Below, piece after piece: positions 8,277 through 17,751 of a stretch of DNA of 57,700 nt. The stretch is from an uncultured bacterium (GTDB taxonomy: Bacteria > Patescibacteriota > Saccharimonadia > Saccharimonadales > OFTM59), in NCBI GenBank assembly GCA_966685145.1, contig CBKXXB010000003.1:1-57700 (forward strand). The letters are read 5' to 3'. The notes beneath the pieces were generated by a model that saw only the letters and a program-made list of their open reading frames with translations, was not told where the DNA came from and did not search any database. The translations under genes were made by a program, and so were the position numbers. Each line of letters opens with the position of its first letter. Position 1 is the first letter of the stretch.

Positions 8277-8693
8277 CTACTTGACGCTTGGCTGCGGGCT
8301 GGCTTGCTGGCTTTCTTGAGCAGCCTGCGTAGCTTGATAGCCGGCGATCAAATCTTCAGGAAGCGTAATGCGGGCTCCGCGCCTTAATATGCCGTCGGTC
8401 TGTCTCATTATGGCATCGACATCATCTCTTATCTCTTCCTCGGGTGGGCTGAAACGGTCAGCGATATTCCAGGCCGTATCACCAGCCTGAACGACATATT
8501 CTACGGGCGTAGGGCGTTCGGTTGGGTTGGCAGCACGACCTCCACCACCAGCGACAGCAACTTGATGACCGACAACGGCAGCAACAGCAGCAGCGGCGGC
8601 ACCACCAGCAAGCAGACGCCTGCGGCTTTGATACATCTCTCGCCTATAGGTTCTGGGCTGATATGGGTTTGGAATACCATCTAGTTGACGCAT
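8277..8693 (-). CDS. LysM domain membrane-anchored protein
   Basis: SRRRLL plus a hydrophobic stretch, then LysM (YVVQAGDTAWNIA...LRRGARITLP). Confidence 0.85.
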   Translation of the reverse strand: MRQLDGIPNPYQPRTYRREMYQSRRRLLAGGAAAAAVAAVVGHQVAVAGGGGRAANPTERPTPVEYVVQAGDTAWNIADRFSPPEEEIRDDVDAIMRQTDGILRRGARITLPEDLIAGYQATQAAQESQQASPQPSVK

Positions 8694-8701
8694 AATGGTC
8701 T

Positions 8702-8730
8702 ATTGTACCAAACATTAGCGCTTTTGTCAA
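8702..8730 (-). promoter_or_regulatory. Consensus sigma70 promoter, near-leaderless
   Basis: TTGACA-17 nt-TACAAT (extended TG), ending 8 nt before the ATG. Confidence 0.75.
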
Positions 8731-8746
8731 TAAAGTTACAGCGCCG

Positions 8747-10003
8747 CTAGAGTTCTTTTATGCGCTCGGCGAACCACTTGGCACTAGGCCGTATAGTGCG
8801 TTTCATACCATGCTGGCGGTCAACTTCAACTAACCCGAATTTAGGCCACCAACCGCTCTCCCATTCGAAGTTATCGAGCAAGCTCCAGTGGAAATAGCCC
8901 CTAAGATCTACCCCTTCGCTCAAAGCACGCTCCATTGCTACAATAGTTTCCTCAATCCACCAACGCCTATACTGATCCTTATGATCTGCTACACCGTTCT
9001 CGGTAATGAAAATCGGTTTCTTGAATCTAACCCAAGTTCGCAGCAGCAAAGGATATAATCCTTCCGGCTCCATGTACCACCCAAGGTCATTTTTGGGCAA
9101 TTCGGGATTCTTGCGCTTAAACATACCGGTGTAGTAATCGGTAAAGTAGTAGTTAATGCCTACAAAGTCTTGATGACGGGCAATACGCTTCAAAAACCAC
9201 CAGTTCCAAAAGTACCGCATCCATTTCGTGGAGATTTGGTCAGATACATTGTGAGGCCGTTTTGCCTGGATGTTGGCTAGCTGCGCTGCCACACCAATCT
9301 GCAAATGTTTCTTATGCCCTTTCAGAATCTTATAGGCGCGTTTGTGAGCTACGGCCAAGTTGTAATAGACCTTAAGAAAGCTCCAAAGGTTTTTTTCCTG
9401 AGGCGGACGCGTGCCAGTGAGATACCCCAGACTTGCGTAGACGTTATGCTCGTTCAAAGTGATTACATAAGTCGAATGGTTGCCGTATTCTTCGGCGATT
9501 TTCTCTACAAAACGGTCAAAATACTCAAGATTGCGCCTATGAGTAAAGCCGCCTTTATCTGCAAACCATGTAGGCACTGTCCAATGCCATAGATTCAGAA
9601 ACGGCTCGATGCCCCTATCTATCATTTCGTTAATGTATTTACGGTAGTGCTCGACGGCTTCCTGATCCCACTTGCCCTCCTCCGGCTCAAGGCGCGACCA
9701 CTCAATGCCGAACCTAAACGCATTCATGTTGAGCTTCTTGACTATGTCAAAGTCTTCCTTGTAACGCCGAAAATGCTCAACGCCGCTGCCGGAAACATAA
9801 TTACCGGGGTCCTTCGCTTGTTGTTTTATTTCATTCCAGATAGGCAACCAGCCGAGACGTTCTTCTGCAGTTTTAGCGAGCTCCTGAGCATGAGCCAGTT
9901 CCCAGACTGACCAGTCATTCACCGTACCGCCCTCTACCTGGTGACTTGCCGTACTGGCTCCCCACATGAATTCACGCGGAAAAACAGGATGCTCAAAATT
10001 CAT
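8747..10003 (-). CDS. Glycoside hydrolase family 1 (beta-glucosidase-like)
   Basis: WGASTASHQVEG, TLNE (acid/base), ITENG (nucleophile) and WSLLDNFEW motifs. Confidence 0.95.
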   Translation of the reverse strand: MNFEHPVFPREFMWGASTASHQVEGGTVNDWSVWELAHAQELAKTAEERLGWLPIWNEIKQQAKDPGNYVSGSGVEHFRRYKEDFDIVKKLNMNAFRFGIEWSRLEPEEGKWDQEAVEHYRKYINEMIDRGIEPFLNLWHWTVPTWFADKGGFTHRRNLEYFDRFVEKIAEEYGNHSTYVITLNEHNVYASLGYLTGTRPPQEKNLWSFLKVYYNLAVAHKRAYKILKGHKKHLQIGVAAQLANIQAKRPHNVSDQISTKWMRYFWNWWFLKRIARHQDFVGINYYFTDYYTGMFKRKNPELPKNDLGWYMEPEGLYPLLLRTWVRFKKPIFITENGVADHKDQYRRWWIEETIVAMERALSEGVDLRGYFHWSLLDNFEWESGWWPKFGLVEVDRQHGMKRTIRPSAKWFAERIKEL

Positions 10004-10023
10004 ATGTTTAGTATATACCCCTC

Positions 10024-10755
10024 TTAGCGATATTCCGGATTCTCAAAGTCAAAACGCGTACCCGCATCCCACTCACTGCGTTGGTTGCCATAAGCCGGTA
10101 TGCCGCCACTATCTTTCAGCATTTTTGCCAGGTGCATGAGATTCCATGTCATAAAGGCGGTATTGCGATTAGTGAAATCGTTATCCAGACCAGCAAAGGT
10201 ACCATCATCCAGCTTGTCGCCATAGCTAGGACCGGGACCTGCCTCGCCAATCCAACCCGCATCTGCTTGTGGCGGAATGGTGTAGCCCAGATGCTGTAGG
10301 CTATAAAGTACATTCATGGCACAGTGCTTTACTCCGTCCTCGTTACCAGTAATAAGACAGCCTCCCACTTTGCCATAGTCAGCATACTGTCCCTTGCCAT
10401 TTAGCACGTGCGAATTGGCATACAGACGCTCTATCACCTGCTTCATTACAGAACTGTTATCGCCTAACCATATAGGTCCGGCCAGTACTACTATGTCAGC
10501 GGCTCGAACCTTTTTATAAATTTCTGGCCATTCATCAAAACTCCAGCCGTACTCGCGCATATCAGGGTAAACGCCCGTTGCTATTTTGTGATCAATCGGG
10601 CGGATCAGCTCGGTGCGCACCCCGTGCTTGTCCATGATATTTTTGCTGGCATTTATAAGAAGTTCGGTGTGACTCTGTTCCGGTGATTTCTTAAGCGTAC
10701 AGTTGAAAAACAGAGCTTTCAAACCACTGAAGTTCCACCTAGCAGCTCCTGACAT
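10024..10755 (-). CDS. Flavodoxin-family / NADPH-dependent FMN reductase-like protein
   Basis: NCTLKKSP..SHT, ADIVVLAGPIWLG and GNEDG motifs. Confidence 0.85.
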   Translation of the reverse strand: MSGAARWNFSGLKALFFNCTLKKSPEQSHTELLINASKNIMDKHGVRTELIRPIDHKIATGVYPDMREYGWSFDEWPEIYKKVRAADIVVLAGPIWLGDNSSVMKQVIERLYANSHVLNGKGQYADYGKVGGCLITGNEDGVKHCAMNVLYSLQHLGYTIPPQADAGWIGEAGPGPSYGDKLDDGTFAGLDNDFTNRNTAFMTWNLMHLAKMLKDSGGIPAYGNQRSEWDAGTRFDFENPEYR

Positions 10756-10793
10756 GTTGTTGCCCTCACTTACATTCCAAGACCATTATAACG

Positions 10794-11609
10794 CTACAAT
10801 ATGTTTTCAGGGTTCCAGCAGGTTCTCATTCCATCGCTCAAAGCGTTGATCTCATCCATCTCTTGCTCGGCAAGGGTGAAGTCAAAGACATCCGTGTTTT
10901 CTCGTATCCGAACCGGGTTCCTGGACTTGGGAATGGGAACGGTGCCATGTTGAATCGCCCAGCGGAGCATGACCTGTGTTACGGATTTATTACGTTTTCG
11001 GGCAATCCGAACCAGTATCGGATCGTCAATCCGATGACCGTGCGCTAAAGGACTGTAAGCTTCTATGGCGATGCCATGTTTTTTGCAAAAATCCAGAAGC
11101 GGAATTTGTTCCTTATATATGAAAGGGTGGAATTCGACTTGATTGACCGCAGGCACCATATCCGAATGCGACAAAAGCTCTTCCAGGTGGCGCACCGTAT
11201 AATTGGAGACGCCCACAGCTTTAGCCCGGCCGCTATGATAGATTTCCGTGAGCGCCTGCCAACTTTGCTGTCTCTTCCCTGCTATTGGCCAATGGATAAG
11301 ATACAAATCAATGTATTCCAGACCAAGACGCTTAAGAGAAGCATTAAAAGCCCTGAGAGGCCGTCTGCTCCCATGACTTGCATTCCAAAGCTTGGTCGTA
11401 ACGAATATCTTCTCGCGCGCAATACCGCAGTGCCGTATAGCTCTTCCTACACCCGGTTCATTCAGATAAATGCGGGCTGTGTCGATCAGACGATATCCGG
11501 TATCTAGAGCATTTTTGACACTCTTTTCAGCCTCACGGCTGCGCATTTGCCAAGTTCCAAATCCTATAGGCGGCAGCTCGGCGCCGGTATTAAGCAGAAC
11601 GCCGTTCAT
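10794..11609 (-). CDS. Aldo/keto reductase
   Basis: GFGTW, GYRLIDTARIY, TTKLWN, DLYLIHWP, GVSNY and IPKS motifs; start reassigned to ATG 11609. Confidence 0.95.
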   Translation of the reverse strand: MNGVLLNTGAELPPIGFGTWQMRSREAEKSVKNALDTGYRLIDTARIYLNEPGVGRAIRHCGIAREKIFVTTKLWNASHGSRRPLRAFNASLKRLGLEYIDLYLIHWPIAGKRQQSWQALTEIYHSGRAKAVGVSNYTVRHLEELLSHSDMVPAVNQVEFHPFIYKEQIPLLDFCKKHGIAIEAYSPLAHGHRIDDPILVRIARKRNKSVTQVMLRWAIQHGTVPIPKSRNPVRIRENTDVFDFTLAEQEMDEINALSDGMRTCWNPENIL

Positions 11610-12189
11610 CAAGCGTAGGTTGAGGTTTGCGAGACGGACGTTTGCCATGCCTGTTGCGGTCATAGTACGCCAGTTCCTTCTGATGGTGATCAAGACGGAC
11701 AATGTAGTCCTCGTAACGATTAAATAGATTTGAATAGTGACTGCCGGGAGTCAGTATTTTTAATAATTTCTTTTCCTGCTCCAAATACTCAACAAGCGAG
11801 TAAAAATCGCCGTCTCCTGACACTATGATGGCCTTATCGTAATTTTTCATTTCTTTCATGGCCCAGAGAACGAGGTCGGCGTCGATATTGCCTTTCACAT
11901 GCTTTTCTTCCTGGTCTGTTTTGGGATCAGTTTCCGGACGCGGTTTAGTCATGTCAAAGGTTGGCTTCAGCACCACCATATATCCCGCATTATGCATTTG
12001 TTCGTAGAGATTCTCGTACTCGGGCACATAGCCGATAAACATGTAGGCGCTAACCACTCCGTAGGTGTCAGTCAGAAATTGACGAAACTTCTTCCAGTCC
12101 ATTTTCCAGCCGCCACGCTGAACGCTTACATTCAAGTTCTGGCTGTCAATAAAAGCGTAAACGCGCTGTTTCCGGTGTCTTCTTCTCAT
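11590..12189 (-). CDS. NYN domain (LabA/DUF88) PIN-like protein
   Basis: FIDSQNL, KGNIDADL and SGDGDF motifs. Confidence 0.9.
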   Translation of the reverse strand: MRRRHRKQRVYAFIDSQNLNVSVQRGGWKMDWKKFRQFLTDTYGVVSAYMFIGYVPEYENLYEQMHNAGYMVVLKPTFDMTKPRPETDPKTDQEEKHVKGNIDADLVLWAMKEMKNYDKAIIVSGDGDFYSLVEYLEQEKKLLKILTPGSHYSNLFNRYEDYIVRLDHHQKELAYYDRNRHGKRPSRKPQPTLDERRSA

Positions 12190-12264
12190 GCCTTAATCAT
12201 AACATCTTGTACTGCTATGAGCCTTTATCGGTTAAGCATAAGCCTTTGATTCCATTCGTTCTCC

Positions 12265-13221
12265 GTGATAGACTTTCCCACAATGAGCGTTGATGGAGCA
12301 CAAAGACCGGTCAACGAAATGACCACCATACTAGGTTCAGTTAACACCGAACTTAAGTGCAGCCTGCTGGGGATTCTGTCAGAAGACGCCGCCGTTACAG
12401 ATGCACAGCTCTTTGAGGATCTCCATGACAGGAATGCCTTTGCACTTCGACGACCCCTGCCCCAGTCTTCACATTTGGGCGACATCGTCCAACGCATCCC
12501 TGATACCGTAGCAGCCACAAGCAGGGATACTATTACAGGTAAAAGAGTTCATGTACGTAAATCCGGTGATATTGGCAGGCTCGCCACAGGTATTGCCGGC
12601 GGACTTATGGGGTTATCTGCCGACACTAGCATGCCAATACGCACCGTAGTCGGCGAAAGACGTCAAGCCAGCAGAAACGGAGCCGGCCATGATACGGCTA
12701 CCGACGCTGTCGCAAATCGTCTTACGACCTATCACAGTGCTCTTATTCTAGGAAAAGAAGGCCGCTGGTTCAGACGAGACAGGCTTTTGACATTCGCCAC
12801 CCTTGCAATGGGCGGCAGTGAGATTGCGGTTCGCAGAGTAATGTCAAAACTTATCGAAGCTAGGCTGCTTGAACAGAGAACGTCAAGAAAAAGAGTTCAG
12901 TACCGATTTAGACCGGACGACGGCTTTCATGACCCGATAGAAGTCGTACGCTCCTATGTTCAATTGGCCGGAAGGTTCGCTATGGCGGATGAAGAAGCGA
13001 TTGCCGACGGTCACGTACGCTTAGCGGCGCTTCTGGCAGATGAAGAAAGACTGCCTTACCTCATACAGCGTTCCTATGCTGCAACTAGACACACCGGTAA
13101 GCACACGCCACGAGCTCCGCGTCCTGCACACCAGGAAGACCCAGTTACACCGTCTTCTGCAGACCCATTCGAAGACTTGCCGTTGCCAAATATGTCTAAT
13201 GCTCTTCAGTACCAAAATTGA
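12265..13221 (+). CDS. Hypothetical protein, possible winged-helix segment
   Basis: 318-aa ORF that fills the gap; AVRRVMSKLIEARLLEQR...VQYRF resembles a wHTH recognition helix and wing; start uncertain (ATG 12283). Confidence 0.6.
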   Translation: MIDFPTMSVDGAQRPVNEMTTILGSVNTELKCSLLGILSEDAAVTDAQLFEDLHDRNAFALRRPLPQSSHLGDIVQRIPDTVAATSRDTITGKRVHVRKSGDIGRLATGIAGGLMGLSADTSMPIRTVVGERRQASRNGAGHDTATDAVANRLTTYHSALILGKEGRWFRRDRLLTFATLAMGGSEIAVRRVMSKLIEARLLEQRTSRKRVQYRFRPDDGFHDPIEVVRSYVQLAGRFAMADEEAIADGHVRLAALLADEERLPYLIQRSYAATRHTGKHTPRAPRPAHQEDPVTPSSADPFEDLPLPNMSNALQYQN

Positions 13222-13294
13222 CAATAAAAACCCGATTGACGAAGCTAGGGCGTTGATAAGGGCCAGTCACTATCGGCGACAACCAGGTGTGTCA

Positions 13295-13930
13295 CTAATC
13301 GAATAATTTCCAGAAGCCTTCGCTGACTACTTCTGCTTTGCCGCCCACAACTTTGATAGCGGTCTGGTCGTCAATGCCGTATACGGGATAGGGGCATTTT
13401 TGAGCGTATTGCTCAACAAGCGCATAGCGATCCTTATCACAGTGCGGCTCTATCTCGAAATCCACCCAGCCCAGTCCGCTCAAATCCTTGAGACCTGCAA
13501 CGTTACTATCGGGCGGAGGCATGTTGGCAACCCCTATCGTAGGCGCAGCGACAATGGTTCCAGCGCTAACTCCGACGTATACCTTGGTTTGCATGTTTTC
13601 GTTAAGCCACTTTTGAAAACCCGTCATGCGCATTTGATTGAGTAAATGGAAAGTGTTGCCGCCGCTTACAAAGACCACGTCCACGTCGCGTAAACGCTCC
13701 TGCCAGGCGACGTCAGGAGCCGAAGGATCCACCACGTCTATCCAGTTGAAGCCGAACCGCCAGAAGTTCAGAAACTGGTTGATATACCAATCTTTGTTGC
13801 CTTCTTCGACATTAGCGGCCGTAGGTATGAAAGCAACCTTCGTAGAACTGGCCGGCTTCCCTACGAGTTCAACTAGCGTATCAGCAATCGCACGCTTGGT
13901 AATCCCCGCAGACGTAAGTAAAAGCTTCAT
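13295..13930 (-). CDS. Peptidase E (S51) / type 1 glutamine amidotransferase-like
   Basis: LLLTSAG, FIPTA, VSGGNTFHL, GVSAG (Ser nucleophile) and PH motifs. Confidence 0.88.
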   Translation of the reverse strand: MKLLLTSAGITKRAIADTLVELVGKPASSTKVAFIPTAANVEEGNKDWYINQFLNFWRFGFNWIDVVDPSAPDVAWQERLRDVDVVFVSGGNTFHLLNQMRMTGFQKWLNENMQTKVYVGVSAGTIVAAPTIGVANMPPPDSNVAGLKDLSGLGWVDFEIEPHCDKDRYALVEQYAQKCPYPVYGIDDQTAIKVVGGKAEVVSEGFWKLFD

Positions 13931-13957
13931 GCCTACATCATAGCACCCCTGACAGGG

Positions 13958-14365
13958 CTAGTCCTGATAGCCATCACCGTACCAGCCTGTAGCCACAAAC
14001 TGCCTTACCCATACGTTTACAATAGCGCCCTGTTCTTTCTCGACTCCTCCCAGCAAAGCCACGCCCAGTGCCTGCTTAATTCTCAGGCAGTTTTGTTTAG
14101 CCGCTTCCGCACTTTCTTTTACAAAATGCGCATTCAGAGGCCATTCTTCATCGTCTAAATCAACTTTTACTTCTGTACCAGCGGTGGCCGAAGTACATGA
14201 GCCTGGACCGGCCTGAACTACTACAAGCGTAATATCTTTGGTTGTTATCTCTTCTGGCGGTATGTCGTAAACCACTAAACCAACCGCTTCGAATACCGCC
14301 TGACTGAACTGTATGACCTTATCAGGTCTAAACTCATGAAAATGGGTAATTATGGCCTCTGCCAT
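13958..14365 (-). CDS. Hypothetical protein, possibly tautomerase/MIF-like fold
   Basis: AAGGAG SD before ATG 14365; the beta-alpha-beta pattern is only suggestive. Confidence 0.55.
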   Translation of the reverse strand: MAEAIITHFHEFRPDKVIQFSQAVFEAVGLVVYDIPPEEITTKDITLVVVQAGPGSCTSATAGTEVKVDLDDEEWPLNAHFVKESAEAAKQNCLRIKQALGVALLGGVEKEQGAIVNVWVRQFVATGWYGDGYQD

Positions 14366-14421
14366 GGCAAATCTCCTTATACATTGGCATTTTCCATAAT
14401 ATTGCAATAATTATCAAAAGG

Positions 14422-14441
14422 TTGTCCAATTTTCCGGACAA
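14422..14441. promoter_or_regulatory. Palindromic operator TTGTCC-N8-GGACAA
   Basis: Perfect 6-bp inverted repeat directly upstream of the TGCTATGTT -10 of the TrmB gene, in a divergent intergenic region. Confidence 0.55.
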
Positions 14442-14459
14442 GTATGCTATGTTAGGGTT

Positions 14460-15242
14460 ATGCCACAGATAGAAGTCCTCAAAAAGTACCTTGCCAAGCT
14501 GTCAATCGACCCCGAAACGACAGATGTATATATAGAACTGCATAAGCTTGGGCCTACCTCTGCCCTGCAGCTCTCCAAAGAGACTAAAATCAGCCGAACA
14601 CAGATTTATCGCCATCTGGAAGAGTTACAAAGCAAGGCATTAGTAAGCGCCGAGGAGCTAAGCTACGGCACCTTGTTTCGTGCCCTGCCTCTCGAGAACG
14701 TTGAGGCGCTGATTGCCAACCGCGAAGCTGAAAACGCTGCAATCAAACGTAACCTTAGTAGCATGTCTCAAGCACTACAGATGTTAGCCGGCTCCAGCGG
14801 GCCTAAGGCCACAGTACATCACTACTACGGCATGGCCGGACTCAAGCAAGTCAACTGGAACCTGACAAAAGCAGAAAAAGAATTTAAGGTGTTTGAGGCC
14901 GCACATTTATCGCAGCATTTAGATAAAGCATTTGCGCGCCGTTGCCGCGAAAGGTTTATAGAGCGTAAGCTGACTAGCTATGACCTAACAAACTCAACCA
15001 AGGTCACTCTTAAAGAAATAGAGCCGGTGGATATCAGTAGGTCTTTTTATCGTCACATCGAGCCCCGCAAGCTTAAGTTAGATTTTGAGGTTTATATGTA
15101 TAATGACGTGGTTACGCTGCTGGACTACAACCGCGAAAATCAGACAGCCCTGGAAATCCATCACCCCGCCCTGAAAAATATGATGGAACAGCTGTTCGAT
15201 ACTATGTGGTCACTAGCCCGACCAATAGAAATTAGTAAGTAG
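14460..15242 (+). CDS. TrmB-family transcriptional regulator
   Basis: N-terminal wHTH (VYIELHKLGPTSALQLSKETKISRTQIYRHLEEL), coiled coil, PLD-like C-terminal domain (IHHP...FDTMW). Confidence 0.85.
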   Translation: MPQIEVLKKYLAKLSIDPETTDVYIELHKLGPTSALQLSKETKISRTQIYRHLEELQSKALVSAEELSYGTLFRALPLENVEALIANREAENAAIKRNLSSMSQALQMLAGSSGPKATVHHYYGMAGLKQVNWNLTKAEKEFKVFEAAHLSQHLDKAFARRCRERFIERKLTSYDLTNSTKVTLKEIEPVDISRSFYRHIEPRKLKLDFEVYMYNDVVTLLDYNRENQTALEIHHPALKNMMEQLFDTMWSLARPIEISK

Positions 15243-15244
15243 AT

Positions 15245-15727
15245 TTAGACCGCTAAGGCGTGCGCAATTAAGTAGTCAGCTTGGTTGTGATTTCCGACAA
15301 CCGCGTGAGCACCTACTGCCGTCAATATAGGCTGGTGTTCGGGAGAAGCCATACCCAATACAATACAGCCAGCATTGCGGGCAGCTTTCACTCCTGCAAT
15401 TCGCGTCTCCACGACCACGACTTCTGAGCCGTCAAGCTCAAGCCTGCCAAGAACTTCCATATAAAGATCACTGAGTTCATGCTCGATTTCCTCAGTGCGA
15501 AGATCCAGCCTGCTTGCAAAGGCGTCAGGCGTCGGAAGTCCATGTCGACTGGTAATATCGCAAGATCTTACGAACTCGGATGAAACCAGTCCGGTTTTGG
15601 CATCCCTCCTGGAATGAAGCCTTAGCGATTCATCGGCATGCGGCATTAACTCGCCGGTCGTAGGATCAACGACCGCACCCTCTAAACGGTAAACTACACC
15701 TTGCAGGTGTCCCCCTAAATCCAACAT
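15245..15727 (-). CDS. Degenerate HAD-superfamily protein
   Basis: C-terminal VVVETRIAGVKAARNAGC resembles HAD motif IV; motif I reads YRLEGAVVD. Confidence 0.6.
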   Translation of the reverse strand: MLDLGGHLQGVVYRLEGAVVDPTTGELMPHADESLRLHSRRDAKTGLVSSEFVRSCDITSRHGLPTPDAFASRLDLRTEEIEHELSDLYMEVLGRLELDGSEVVVVETRIAGVKAARNAGCIVLGMASPEHQPILTAVGAHAVVGNHNQADYLIAHALAV

Positions 15728-15811
15728 GGATGCCCCCTTTGTTTTAAAGTTACAGTGCTTCTGCTTTTAATGATACCAGTACGCGCAAGCACTGTTAAAG
15801 CAGATAGAGCC

Positions 15812-16399
15812 CTATTTAACCCGGGAGAACAAAGTTTTTATACGATTATACTCAGGCTTCACCTCTTGGCGCACATCATCGAATAATATCTTATCGTTTA
15901 AATCCCTCTCGATTTTAGTAAGCACCCACTCCTTTATTTCAGGCAGGGATTTTTCGCGCGACAGCGCCCATGTTCCATAAATGTAGAAGTCAGTTTTTAA
16001 ATGTGCTAACGAATCGGCGGTCGACAGCACTTTTCCTTCGAGTGTTTGAGGACGCTCCCCATTCATGCAGCTGTGGAAGCGAATCGCATCATCAACAACC
16101 AGTTTTATTTCCTCTTCGCTGTAATCAGCCTCTTCCATTAATTGACGAGCCATACTTAAACTCAACTGCTCATGATTCGGATCGTCACGTTTGGTAACAG
16201 CATCTGCGACGTCATGCAGTAACGCTGCAGCCTCTGCCAACTCTTCATTTGCGCCATACTTCTGCGCTAGTTCGCGAGCATAATCTGCTGCAATAAGTAC
16301 ATGATTGTCCCATAGCCAGTCTGCCCACACCGCCCGGTTAGAACTCTTTTGCTCGTATAGCTGTGCAATTTTTGCTTCCAGGCCCTGGAGTCTGTTCAT
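15812..16399 (-). CDS. HD-domain phosphohydrolase
   Basis: H...LLHD...H...H...AD pattern. Confidence 0.88.
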   Translation of the reverse strand: MNRLQGLEAKIAQLYEQKSSNRAVWADWLWDNHVLIAADYARELAQKYGANEELAEAAALLHDVADAVTKRDDPNHEQLSLSMARQLMEEADYSEEEIKLVVDDAIRFHSCMNGERPQTLEGKVLSTADSLAHLKTDFYIYGTWALSREKSLPEIKEWVLTKIERDLNDKILFDDVRQEVKPEYNRIKTLFSRVK

Positions 16400-16462
16400 A
16401 CCACAATCATAACAGAAGTATCTTCTGTGCTATGCTGAGATTACTGAAAAGGAGGGGAAATT

Positions 16463-16624
16463 ATGCAGAAAGTAGTTGATTACAAACTTGTCACGTCGAG
16501 TTTCCCGGAGGACCTTACAAAGTCCGTAAAATCGGAAATGGCCAAGGGCTGGGTTCCTTCCGGAATTGTGATTCAGTTTAAGGAGTCTCTAGTCCAGGCG
16601 ATGGTCAAGTTCGAGGAAGCCTGA
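16463..16624 (+). CDS. DUF1737-like small protein (53 aa)
   Basis: Below the ORF-track cutoff; strong SD AAGGAGG; sequence MQKVVDYKLVTSSFPEDLTKSVKSEMAKGWVPSG...QAMVKFEEA. Confidence 0.8.
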   Translation: MQKVVDYKLVTSSFPEDLTKSVKSEMAKGWVPSGIVIQFKESLVQAMVKFEEA

Positions 16625-16629
16625 AAACT

Positions 16630-17202
16630 TCAGTTTTGTAACAACGTTTTCAGAAGCTCGGGGAATTCTATTGATTTCATGTCCTCCGCTGTAAAGTGAC
16701 CATAGTTACTGAACTCCCTATACTCCACGTTCTCGATACCTTCACGAATCATTGCGACAGACTTATGTATATTCCCCATATCATTTGCAGAATGGAAAAT
16801 AATCAGGCGCTCCGTTCGCGAGGCCAGTCCGGGATCAATTTCGAAGTCAAAGAAGCCTCCAGTATGGTCGCCGTCAGGATCCAGCCATGGCGCAACAAGC
16901 ACTACCCTGCCGACCCGCAAATCCTTGTGCCCGCTCAAGTAGCGTACCCAGAATCCGGCGCCGCAGCTATGTCCGACCAGCATGGTTTCAGGGCCGATTT
17001 CAAACCGTTCCACTTCTTTGGCCCACAGATCCCATTCGGGCTTAAAAGCAAACGGCACCTCCGGGGTATATGCCAAAATATCATGTTTTAGCAGCTGCCC
17101 TTGTAGCCATGGCAGCCAGTGGGCATTACTCATGCTGGGCATGGCCGGATTATAGTACTCTTCTTTGTCAGGCTTACCGTGCAGTATAATCGCTTTTTTC
17201 AT
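16630..17202 (-). CDS. YdeN/RBBP9-like alpha/beta hydrolase
   Basis: ILHG, WLPWL, GHSCG, LVAPW, S.ND and GHF motifs. Confidence 0.9.
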   Translation of the reverse strand: MKKAIILHGKPDKEEYYNPAMPSMSNAHWLPWLQGQLLKHDILAYTPEVPFAFKPEWDLWAKEVERFEIGPETMLVGHSCGAGFWVRYLSGHKDLRVGRVVLVAPWLDPDGDHTGGFFDFEIDPGLASRTERLIIFHSANDMGNIHKSVAMIREGIENVEYREFSNYGHFTAEDMKSIEFPELLKTLLQN

Positions 17203-17205
17203 TGC

Positions 17206-17733
17206 TTATCTGACCTTTGCGGTTAAGCTTAGCAATTCGTCTGCGAAGTCACCGATCCGTTCGTGTATGTCTCCGTTTATTAGATTGAATGACTCGTCAT
17301 AATCGTTCTCCTGGGTACATACTCGCACCGGCGATGAAATCAAATGCTGGCTACGCGCCACGATCATAAGATGATCAACCGCCACAGGAGCTCTGTGAGC
17401 ACCGTTACTCGCCATAGCCACGACCTTACCTGGAAACTTGGTGTGCTGCCAGTCCAGGGCTGTCTTAAGAATGCTGCTGTAGCTGTTGTGGTACACAGGT
17501 GTCACCCAGATGAACGCATCAGCAGCATAACTTTTATCCAAAAATGCTTTGGTCTTCTCGTCATACTGCTTGGAGCGATCTACCGCCCTATTGAAGGTCG
17601 GAAGACCATATGAGACTAGGTTTATGATTTCCGTTTCAGACTGAAGCTCGCGCAACTTTGCGGCAATCGTCTGCCCTAGGTGCAGCGAGCGGGAATTCTC
17701 GTCACCCGATCCTACCAAAATTAATACTTTCAT
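17206..17733 (-). CDS. NADPH-dependent FMN reductase
   Basis: LVGS...SRS and TPVYHNSYSSILKTALD motifs. Confidence 0.88.
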   Translation of the reverse strand: MKVLILVGSGDENSRSLHLGQTIAAKLRELQSETEIINLVSYGLPTFNRAVDRSKQYDEKTKAFLDKSYAADAFIWVTPVYHNSYSSILKTALDWQHTKFPGKVVAMASNGAHRAPVAVDHLMIVARSQHLISSPVRVCTQENDYDESFNLINGDIHERIGDFADELLSLTAKVR

Positions 17734-17751
17734 CTATCAATCATAACACTG

